This document shows positions 11,430-22,663 of a stretch of DNA of 64,000 nt, one piece after another. The stretch's first letter is position 1. Every line of letters starts with the position of its first letter. Origin of the DNA: the human T2T-CHM13v2.0 reference genome, Homo sapiens; the NCBI RefSeq assembly GCF_009914755.1, contig NC_060947.1; one strand, given 5' to 3'. The notes under the pieces were generated by a model that made no database searches, was not told the DNA's origin, and was given only the letters and a program-made list of their open reading frames with translations. The translations under genes were made by a program, and so were the position numbers.

Positions 11430-13140
11430 TGGGAGTATGATTTAAAAGGTAAATGTCAATTTTGCCACCTCAAACTATCATAAGCAGAAAAAAAACTAAA
11501 TGATAAACTATAAATTAACTTAACAAATAACTTTTGATCCTGATATAATAAAGGATGTAAAGAATACAAAGAATAAATGTTAGAGAAAAATGAGATATCT
11601 TTATCTCATTTTGTTCCTACCATCAAACTTCAAAATAAGAGACTTTAAAATCATACATTTGGGAAGACAATTCCTTATAGATTTAAGTTTTCAGAGCCTA
11701 AAACTTTAAAACAAAAATCCTATTTAAATTATCTCTATAGAGAGCCAATCTTTTTAAGGATTTAAGAGAAAGGATTCTTGAGTTCCCTCAATTTTAACAT
11801 TTCTAAAATCCTAGGTACAAAGTTTCATCTAGAATATATTACTGAAAAAAAATCCTGAATTATATTCTGCTATCCACAAAAAGTCTAGAGATATTACTGA
11901 ATATGTGACCTCTGTATCTTGTAAATTCGACAATTGATAATTTAGAAATGAGCAGAAGTTTCTTTAAAGTTTAACTACTTGGTGGATCAATATGAATTTA
12001 ATTGTTTTTCTGCTTTACTTGCTTACCAAGGGATTTCTAGGTTTTACATAACCATTAACATACCACAGCTCGTTGATAAACTATAAAATGGAAAATTATT
12101 GAATAAAATTATAATTGTTTATATTGAAAGTTATACTGGGATCCACAATCATATAATGTCTCGTCCACTCTTTTTGGTTGTGCATTCAGAAAAAAAATTA
12201 TAGTACAGCGGAAAGGTAGTGAGACACTTTCATCATTCTTCAGCAAGAAACAGACTTCATGTCATACAAGAGATTTTGGAATGTTATTTTATATAGAGAT
12301 GCAAGCTATTTTAGAACTGCCTTACCATGTGTTTTACAAGATGTCCAAGCATGATGGAAGAAGCACTGCTACACACTTAAAAAGGCAGCTTAAATACAAG
12401 AAAGCTTTTATACCATATTTTGTAGATAATAATAGCATTGTAGAACTTAATAACAACTGATGATTGCATGTAGAGAAAGTCGTAAAGTTGCTTGAACGTG
12501 TTGAAAAAATAACATTGTGCCTGGAGAACGAAAGTGTTTCTTATATGATAGCTGATGGAAATACACTTCTATCATTCCTTTCCAGTCAAAATGCTAAGAG
12601 TGTTATCCAGGCGATGAAAGCTGAAATGCAGATGGAAATTCAGGGAAGATTTTGTCTTGAAGGCCAATAACTTAGTTTCAAAGCTAATTATTTTTCCCTA
12701 TTCCAGACTGAAGATTTAGAAATATCATTTTCTCAAGTTCTTGTTTTAAGTAGCAAATGCATGAAAAGTATTAGAAATAAACAATATAATGGGAAATCAA
12801 TTGTATTTTTGCTTCTGAAAATGTTCAGAAAGCTTCTTCTTTGAGCAGTGTATAAACATTTCCATTTGTGGAATTGCTATAATGCATTTGCATTATCACC
12901 ATCAGCCAACCATCAAGACTAGGAGTTAAAAAGGAGATAAGTCTTTACCTTAGCAATTCACTATTAAAGAGGAAGGAAAACATAATAATTTGGTGGCAAC
13001 ATCACCATCAGTATCTTACACTGACAAAGCTATCTAAAAATTTTTCTGTTTCTCTACCAACTTCAGTAAAAAGCAGGAGACTATTTAATATAATGGGAAC
13101 AAACCAGTGCTAAGCAAATTATTGTTCTTGCACTATATTA
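11430..13140 (+). pseudogene. Decayed hAT (Ac/ZBED1/ZBED4-like) transposase of an ancient DNA transposon
   Basis: Manual translation across frameshifts gives, in canonical order: WEYDLKGKCQFCHLKLS (BED finger, 11430), PRYKVSSR (11810), PELY...SVSCKFDN* (first catalytic D at 11929), SLTTWWIN, CLVHSFWLCIQ (CxxH, 12157), KVVRHFHHSSARNRLHVIQE (12213), LQDVQA*W (12334), VEKVVKLLERVEKIT...MKAEMQMEIQGRF (ORF 12464-12670), EISLYLS...WWQHHHQYLTLTKLSK...PTSVKSRRLF (12934-13086), KLLFLHY (13116). Confidence 0.88.
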
Positions 13141-13511
13141 GCATATAAATATTGATATTATCATTATTAATAATTATATTGTTAATGAGTATACTATCAT
13201 TGTCATTGCACTATATTGAACATTTAAAATCTAACCACTCAATTTTTAATGATAAAATTATAAATTTCCCCAAAAGGTAATATGATGATAGTGAGATATT
13301 CAGCTTTATATAAATGTTGATTTTAAAAGTTGACCATTTGATATTTTGCAAGATGTGTATTTGGGACATCTCTAGCAAAAAGCTAATCATGAAGATATGA
13401 TGGGGCATGGAGCAGAGAACTTAAGTTACTTAGGCAGAGAATGATAAGTCAGGAACCCAAAAATCATTGAAAATAAGGGGGTAAACCAGAGTAAGATAGC
13501 AGCAAGGTCAC

Positions 13512-13530
13512 TATATATATATATATATAT
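13512..13530. repeat. (TA)n microsatellite
   Basis: Direct reading. Confidence 0.9.
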
Positions 13531-13644
13531 GTACTACATGATGTTGAGTACCTGAACCATGCCACTAATTTTCCTAATCAACAGTCCTGTGGGCCTGAGT
13601 GGTTTCAGAGCCTGAATAGAATCCAACAAGTATTTCAGAGACAG

Positions 13645-14105
13645 TATCAGTTATCTATTTTTGCACAATAAACCATCCCAAAACGTAGTGACTTAAAGCA
13701 AAAATTACTTAATAGGTAAAACTCAAGATTCTGTGGGTCAACAATTTAGCCTAGGTCAGCTGGGCATCTCTGCTTTTGAAGGTCAGTTGGCTGGCTATTG
13801 GTTCAGGCATGTCAGCTCTCCCCTCTGTGTGGTCTCTCATCCTCCAGTAGTCGAGCTTGTGCTTGTTCACGTATTAGCTAATAGGAGTCCAAGAAAGAGT
13901 GGAAATATACAAAATCTCGAAACTGTCTCACTCTCATTTTCACCAAGTTCTACCAGCCCAGGAAAGTTCCAAAGCCAGTCCAGAGCAAAGGGTGGAGAAT
14001 TAGATTTCTCCACTCAGTGATAGGAGCTACAAAGTCACATTAAAAAGGACCTGGACACAGGGAGGGGTAAAGCATTGTAGTCATTTTTGTATTTAATCTA
14101 CCACA
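13645..14105 (-). mobile_element. MaLR LTR (MLT1I/J-like)
   Basis: 'gtatcagttatctatttttgcacaataaaccatcccaaaacgtagtgacttaaa' ... 'tttaatctaccaca'. Confidence 0.75.
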
Positions 14106-14395
14106 AGTTCATTGGCTCCAAATGTGGGGACTAGAGGGATTTGGGATCAGAGATGGCCAGGTAGCTCTGTGTAAGATAGCAATATTTAAATAGATTTCTT
14201 CACATGGTAGCTGGAATTCATTTTGGGCCAAAAAATACTTTCAAATCATTATTTAGTTGATGCCTTTAATTATGAAATCGTCTTACTCATGCTTTTGAAA
14301 CTCCTCTCTGGTAATTAGTTTATTTCAACATCACAAGTGCTACACTGAGCATATGTTGTTATACTTATTTTCCCTTTTTAGGAACAGAAACAGAG

Positions 14396-15230
<835 letters not shown>

Positions 15231-15499
15231 CTAGAAGTAAGCTCTTCCAGCATTTAAGAGGGTCTGCTCTGCTCTTTTCTAACACTGTGTGCTAGGGAAT
15301 TGCTCAAACATAGAAGAATGGTTCAGATCCTGGACAGTAAAAAAATCATCAGTGACTAATGTCCACTCTACTCTTAGTAAAAATCTTGGTTGGAAAATGA
15401 AGCACACCTTATGTGTACTTGCTCTTATTACCTCAGCTCTCACCTTCACACATCATCAAAGGCTATTTTACTGCAAAAACCATGGTTCTACCTAAAACT

Positions 15500-15888
15500 G
15501 TTTGTTCTGACAAAACTGTTTGTTTGGTCATGGAAGTGCTTGGCCTGCCCAACAGCAAGCCAGAAGTGCCATAGAGTTTATGGGCTTGCAAGCAGCCCTT
15601 CACCCGAGAATGGATGAGTTGGTAGCTCAATACTGCAACTTCCTCACACCTCAGCTGTGATAATTCTGAGGCATGTTCTTATACTAGCCACTGGAGTCCC
15701 TGAGGGAGATTGAGGTCCAGTTTCCCACAGTGGTAACTACCCTGATTCAACCCCATAATGGCTTTCTTCCTTTCTCTGTCTTACTTGCACACTCCTCTAC
15801 CAATGCTTCCTGAGATGACATCCCAAATGTAACACTGGAACTTGAAATTTTGTCTTAGGTTCAGTTTCTGGGGAAATCCAATTTAAAT
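15500..15888 (+). mobile_element. ERVL LTR16-family LTR
   Basis: 'gataattctgaggcatgttct', 'cccacagtggtaact', 3' end 'gtcttaggttcagtttctggggaaatccaatttaa'. Confidence 0.7.
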
Positions 15889-15894
15889 GGTGGA

Positions 15895-15974
15895 TACTTA
15901 GGTATTCAAATGATTTAAAAAATGATTTATGTGATCCCAAATGTGTTTACTACCAAAAGTTTGAGGATCAGTTG
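15895..15974. mobile_element. MER5-type terminal fragment
   Basis: 'ttaaaaaatgatttatgtgatcccaaatgtg...aagtttgaggatcagttg' resembles the other MER5 end. Confidence 0.45.
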
Positions 15975-17159
15975 CAGTGACAAATGGAAAAGATTGCCCA
16001 AGATCTCATTAATGGTATGGGTTCTACACACAACCTTAAATCCATGTCTTTTCTTCTGGTTCTTGGGTCAGTTCTCTCCCCATTAAATTGCACTAATAGC
16101 AATAAAGGAAAGACTTCTATTTCCAGATGACTTTATGTGAGGCGAGCTTTGTGAAACAGCCAATATAATCACGCCCAGATTTCAAGGAATAGATAATGTC
16201 ACTAGTGACTTATTCTTTTTAAAAATATAACAATAGTCTTTCCTTTGTCTCCTGTTAATGTTTCTGCCTTTGCAAATTCTTTGCCTATAATTCACTTCCA
16301 ATATTGTTGTTTTGATTGACAATTTTATTTCCATTTTTGAAAAGTTAAAAGAGACAAATGCAAAATGGAATACCCATCAAAGAATGAGCCTTTATTTTAA
16401 AAAACAGAACATTTGCATGATAATGTTCAAAAAGAGAAATGCACTTGTTATTGTTGTAACCTACTGCTAATAACTTGTCTTTGTAAATGGTATTATGCAA
16501 CAATATTTTTGAGGGGGAAACAAAGCCAAAATGAAATACATACTGATGGCCTACAATGATATACAGAGTACTAAAATAATAATAAACCTTTAATAAATAA
16601 AATTGAAATGAAAAATATGAGAAAAAAATAACTAACTTCGGATGTATCCTGAAAGTATCAAGAGAATATGTTTAGGGTTGTTCTTTTTGCACATCAGCTG
16701 AATAGGGAAAGTGAACTAAAATCTTCAACAGGAATGAATGACTCAATCGTTTGGCTTAGTTATTTCTATTAGACTATTTTTTTCTTCAGATATTTTAACC
16801 AACTGCCCAGGGATTTTCACTCATTTGAACCATGTCCTCAATTGTCTGTCTAAGGGTTTTCTTTTTTTTTTTGCAAATGTTTTACAGCACTAGGATATAC
16901 ATTTCCCATCTTTTGTGGGTTTGTAACCAGTGCCAGGACTTACCAATAATTTGATCTTTGGCCATAATCATATAATTTCTCAGAACTTTGGGTTTTGTCT
17001 TTAAAATGATCACGTATGTGATAGTTTTCATTTCACAAAGAAAATGTGCAAACCAATGAAATAATATCTGTGCAAACCCTTCATAATGTACCATATACAT
17101 ATAAGCATTATTGTTTGATTATGGATTAGCATTTTTCCCTGGCTGAAGTATCAAATGCA

Positions 17160-17325
17160 TAGTTAGATTTTAGACTATGGGGTTTGATAGTCCTGGGGAA
17201 AATCTTGATTCTTCTAATAGTTATGTGATCTTAGGAAAATTCTTTAACATCCCTTAGCCTCAGTGTCCTCATCTGGAAAGTGGAGGTGATAATGCTATTC
17301 TGGGAACATAGTAAGTGTTCAAATA
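17160..17325 (+). mobile_element. MIR SINE
   Basis: Core 'ttatgtgatcttaggaaaattctttaacatcccttagcctcagtgtcctcatctggaaagtggaggtgataat'. Confidence 0.8.
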
Positions 17326-17809
17326 GCAGAGGATATTAGTGATGATTATGATGACGATGATCTGCCATAATTTGGGACATATTCTGCCTTTAATTTGGGA
17401 CTTTTTTCTCCATAAGGGATTTTTTCTGCCTTTGTCTACCTTCACTCTTTACTATTTCTCAGATCATTTTTCTTAGGTAATTATATTCAAAATCCTATAA
17501 CAACATTCAGGGACCAAAGTATCCACCTAAAGACCTTCTATAGACCATTAGCTTAATATATTAGCATTGGCCATCACTTTGTACTTCTACAAGGGTATAT
17601 AAAATAGTGATGCCCCCTATTCTCAAAGTTCTCTGTTAGTTCATTATTATCAGATGCATCGGTCAGACTGGCTACAACACTTTTGAGTTTGCGGGTGGCT
17701 TATTATAAAAAACTACCCTAAAACTTAGAAATCTACATTCCACTGACATGGCTCTGCTCCAATTGTCTTTTATCCTCTCTGTACCAGTGGGTTAATTGGG
17801 GGCAGATAA

Positions 17810-18062
17810 TTCTTATAGCAATGATAATGTGCAGGAAATCAAGTGGAAATATGTATGGTATCTTAAGGTCTAAGCTCAGATCCATCATGATTGCCCCCCA
17901 TTACACTGGCCAAAGCAAGTCACATAGTTAAGTCCAAAGTTAAGTGGGAAAAGGAAACATAGTCTATTTCTTTAGTAGGAGCTATATTAAAATCACGTGG
18001 CAAAGAAATTGGATACAGTGAAGGGTGAAGAATCAGGGCCAGTAATGGAAATCAACCATAGT
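17810..18062 (-). mobile_element. MLT1 LTR fragment
   Basis: 'ctggccaaagcaagtcacatagttaagtccaaagt...aaatcacgtggcaaag...ggatacag'. Confidence 0.65.
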
Positions 18063-18489
18063 AATAAAAGACTAAACTAAAATCCTTGAGAAAAGAGTTC
18101 GAGCCTTACACACCAAGGAATCAGTGTTCCTAAACCAATGCAATGTTTCATTGCCTCGTGCAATGATTCATTGGTTCATTCAAAAACATTGCAATAGAGC
18201 TAAGAATATGAAGCCTTGATGAAAGACACCTCCCTCCATATAAACAAAATCAGTGAAGAGTTATAGGGATTATAATCACAGCCTATATAGGTTATAGTAG
18301 GGCTAAAAAAGAGGAAGTGGTAGGCACATGTAATAGATACCAAATAGGTAGTGAATGAATGAATGAAGGAAGAAATGCCTATTCATGCTGCTAAGTTTTA
18401 AGAAAATAGTTGTGGAGATATTAGGCAAGCAGGAATACCCAGGCAATGCAGGAAAGGGTAGTAATAACTATTCATCATCTTTTTACCAT

Positions 18490-19003
18490 TTCATAAGGGA
18501 CCTGAAATTCCTTTCCGTATATGGAAAATCCTTACACATGAAGCTTGCCACTGAGTTTTCCTAACACTATAGAAGCAAATACCAGGTATTCGCTTTCCCA
18601 GCCTCCTTTGCTGCTGGAGTGTGGTCACATCCTTTCCAATCAGTTGCACCCTCTCTGGACTCTGCAATTAATAAACAAAGAAGCAAGACCTATTGGAAAT
18701 TTATCCATGTGCAGACAATACTACTCTATTTTCCAGGAGTAGCAATGGCCATAACTTCAAGCTATAATATAGTGGCCAGCATTGGTGGTGTTGGCTATGC
18801 AATCCATTGTGTCTGTGTATAGTGACAGCAATAACTATATCTTCAGGAGGGTAGTTATGAAATGTTATTTTGGTCATTAATCATTACTTCAAACTTGGTT
18901 CTCTGGCTCTCCTGGAAAATTCTAGTATTGTTTAAATAAGTTCCTTTTCTGCCTCAATTAGTCAGAATTTGTTTTTATTCTTGCAGCTAAAACGGACCTA
19001 TCA
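18490..19003 (+). mobile_element. ERVL LTR (LTR33-like)
   Basis: 'cgctttcccagcctcctttgc', 3' end 'aataagttccttttctgcctcaattagtcagaatttgtttttattcttgcagctaa'. Confidence 0.55.
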
Positions 19004-19186
19004 GAGGGCTTGACCACAAATTGAGGGAAAAGTCAAAGCCAGTAATCAGGCAAAGTAAGATAATAAATGAAATTAAGCTGAGCTATTAAAATCTCTGGCA
19101 AGTGATGAGTGAGCTGGAAGAATCCTAACAACCAATGGCAGAAGTTCTTGTCAGTCCTCAGCTTCTATCACAACCAATAACTTGTA

Positions 19187-19350
19187 TCAGTGTTTGGCAG
19201 CCTTGCCTGCACTTTGAATTACCTGAGGACTTTTTTAAAATCCCAAAGCCCAGGTCACACCCCATATCACTTATATTAGAATCTTAGATAAAAGTATTTT
19301 TAAAAGTTCTCCAGGTGGGTAAATATTCAGCCAAAATGTAACCAAGGCTG
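19187..19350. mobile_element. MER5A DNA element
   Basis: 'gaattacctgaggacttttttaaaatcccaaagcccaggtcacacccc...ttagaatct...tttttaaaagttctccaggtg'. Confidence 0.8.
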
Positions 19351-19544
19351 AGATAGGATTTGAGGAAGCTAGAACCTTAGATAGAAAATGAAACAGGTAC
19401 GCCTGACTGGAATAAGGAATTAAAAAAAGAAATCAGAAGTGAAAATGATACAGAATAAAAACACTGACTTGTATGCACTGGATTACATATATGTATATTG
19501 AATTTAATACAAATTACTGACCTTACCACATCTCACCACTTTTA

Positions 19545-19960
19545 ATTCTACAACGTTTGTCCAAACCACTTTTCTCTCTAAATCCATCTCCTACCTTAGC
19601 TCAGACCCTCATCAAATGTTTCATGGCCTATTGCTACCACCTTCCTGTTGGCTTTCCTGCCTCAATTCATTCTGACCTCCAACTCATTTAACACAAAGCT
19701 ACCAGAATAGAACAATCTTTCTGAAAGGCAAATCTGGTTGTATTACTAACATAATTCAATGGATCCCCACATACTATCATATAAAATCCCAACTTTTTGG
19801 CATGGTCTAAAAGCCTTCATCTTCTGTCCCTGCTTAATTTACCAGCCTCATCCTTGCCTCATTTTGAGTCTCCAGCCATTTTCTGAACACTCATCTGTTC
19901 CGAAAGGCATCATCACCTTCTACATCTTCATGCCTCTTTGCTGATGCAATTATTCTTTCT
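19545..19960 (+). mobile_element. L2 fragment
   Basis: 'ctaccttagctcagaccctcatc...ggcctattgctaccaccttcctgttggctttcctgcctc...gctaccagaat...tctttctgaaaggcaaatctg'. Confidence 0.7.
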
Positions 19961-21280
19961 TTGAATCAGGTGTAAATGTTTGTAAGACTATGATTTGTAT
20001 GTTAATAGTTTACTACTTTGATATTTTGATTCATGTAATAGTATTCACTAAAAAGATTGGAAGATTCTAGTATGCAGAGACCCCACTTTCTAATCTATAA
20101 AATATTTTCTGATGATTCTGATATAGTCAATAATATGAATCTCATGGTGAATGAAAATGGTACCATAGATGTTGCATGTTTAAAAAAAGGGGTAAGGATG
20201 AGGAAAAATTGCCTATTTTTTTGCATATCAGAAAAAGCATAAATGAGCCTTTCAGCAATAGGGAAAATGAGTTAACTTTTGAAGTCGTAATTATTATACT
20301 ATTCAGTTATTGCCACAAAATACAGAATGGATGATCTTTTATGTCTCCTGAGATAGGTTATTTCACCATTGTGGTTATCCCCCTCTTTTTAAATTTTTAA
20401 ACACTAAAATAATGCTGTAGCTCAAGTGTTTCATTATGTTAAATCTTAAAAGACCAAGTTTAAATACTTCATCCAGTGAGTAAGAGATTCATATGAGGAG
20501 ACCATAATAATTATCTAATTTGGAGCGGTATTTTCCAGCTTAAAAGATCCACAGATGTGGCAATTTTTCTTCATTTCAGATGTTTGTCTTTACCTATGCA
20601 ATCTTCATTGTCACTTCAATTTGCCTTCAAAGGAAATTTTGAATGGTTATATATAGTAATATAAAATTATGTATTAGAATAATTAAAAGAGCTTATGCAT
20701 GTATGGAATAGAAAATTATCATTCTGCATTATTAAAAGTGTCTAACTTTTAAATATTTGAATGCCATCTTTGTAGAAATTTACTTGCCTAGAACTTTAAG
20801 TCCATTGCTGTGATTACCATGTAGGTTAGAATGACAAACGCTGACAAGAAGATGCAGTACCTCAACTGTCTCTGGTTTGCCAACTGTACTGTCTCTACCC
20901 TTGGGGTATTACTGTAATTCCGACCTCAGACATTTTTGTTTTGAAGAAAAGGCTTCTCATTTTATAGTGCTATTGTCAGGTGTTAGAAGACCAAGCCATA
21001 GGTTCAGTTAAAACTCAGCAAATTAAGCAATTACTAATGCCAGATAAGATTGGGAGGGTGGAGTTTGACAAGGAATTAGTTGTATGTGAAAGGAAATGTA
21101 GTCATCACATATTTCTTGGTTCAGGTGTGAATATTCTTTACAATATTATAATAATGTGAAAAATACAGAATATAAATTTAACTGAAAATTGTGATGTAAC
21201 TATCATGTAAGCAGGAGAGGACACAATGCGTAATGTGGAAGAACTAAAACCCTCATGAATTTTACAAGGAAGTCAATACC

Positions 21281-21531
21281 CGTATGAGATCTCTGTTGCT
21301 GCCATAACAAATTTACCACAAACATAGTAGCTTAAAACAACACAAATTTACTATCTTTCAGTTCTGAGGTCAGAAGTCCAGTATGGGTCTCATGAACTAA
21401 AATTTAGGTATTGGATGGCTGCATTTCTTTCTGGAAGCTCTAGGGAAGAATCCATTTTTTATTCATTCTGGTTGTTGGCAGAATTCAGTTTCTTGTGGTT
21501 GTAGAACCAAAGTCTCTGTTTTCTTTTTTCT

Positions 21532-21579
<48 letters not shown>

Positions 21580-22213
21580 AGATAGGATCTCTCTCTGTTG
21601 CCCAGGCTGGAGTACAATGGCTCAATCAAAGCTCACTGCAGCCTTGAACTCCTGGGCTCAAGCAGTCTCCCACGTCAGCCTTCCAAGTAGCTAGGACTAC
21701 AGGTGCACATCACCATGCCTGGCCAATTTTTTATTTTTTGTAGAGATGGGGGTCTCACTAGTTGCCCAGGCTGGCCTTGAAATCCTGGACTCAAGTGATC
21801 TTCCCACCTTTGCCTCTTAAAGTACTGAGATAACAGGGTATGAACCACCATGTCTGGCTGGTTCCTGGTTTTCTTGCTGGCTGTAGGCTGAGGCCTGCTG
21901 CAAGCTTCTAGAGGTCATCATATTCCTTGGCTCATGGCTCTCTTTTTCTATATTCAAAGACAGCAATTGTGAGGGTTGTGTGGGGGGAGGGAGTCCTTCT
22001 TATGTCCTATCTTTCTCATATTCTCTCTGTCTTTTACGCTTTTAAGGACTCACATAATTAGATTAAGCCCACCCAGATAATTCAGAATAATCTTCCCATT
22101 TCAAGATCTTTAACCTTAATCTGCAAAGTCCTTTTTGCCATTGAAGGTAACAATCACAGGTGCCAGGGAATAGGACATGAACATATTTCTAAGTCCATTA
22201 TTTGCCTACCACA
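21281..22213 (-). mobile_element. MaLR LTR (MLT1C/D/E-like), interrupted by AluJ
   Basis: 'tgctgccataacaaatttaccacaaacatagtagcttaaaacaacacaaatttactatc...gtcagaagtcc' ... 'ttaagcccacccagataattcagaataatct...tgcctaccaca'. Confidence 0.85.
21524..21861 (-). mobile_element. AluJ with 45-nt poly(T) tail
   Basis: J-type 'gctcactgcagccttgaactcctgggctcaagc'; degenerate TSD gtctctgttttctt / gttcctggttttctt. Confidence 0.92.
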
Positions 22214-22663
22214 ATATCTAATGACTAACAAAGACGCATTTTAAAAATTATATCCATATTATTTCTAAAAAAGAAACAGCCAAAAAAGAGGGTGCTTCTA
22301 GAAAATGTCAGTGCCTGTGTGTGTTCATGGGTTGGGGGAGAAAAGTTCAAATAAGGTGGTATTATTTTTTTGTTAGAAGCCTCTAAATACTACTTGACAT
22401 TTAAAACTATGTGCAAATACTTCTTCAATAAAAATGAAATGTAATTATAAAAGAAAGGGAAAGCTTTTCAAGTATTGTTTTTGAAAAAAAAGCAAATTGG
22501 GTTTGCAAAGAAGGATAGTGTTTGGGAGGAAATAATGACTCAATTGTATATAATGGCCTAGTTGAAATTCAGAAAAGTACGATTCTATTTTTTTTTTTGT
22601 TTTTTGCTACAGATTATAGGAAAAAATCTGTTTCCTAGTTGTCAGATTTTTTTATTGTTAGCA

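Larger units (their letters stand above)
21095..22445 (+). mobile_element. Old L1 3'-end fragment (L1MC/ME-like), host of the MLT1 insertion
   Basis: 'aaaaatacagaatataaatttaactgaaaattgtgatgtaactat...ggaagtcaata[insert]tctaa...ctacttgacatttaaaactatgtgca'. Confidence 0.5.
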
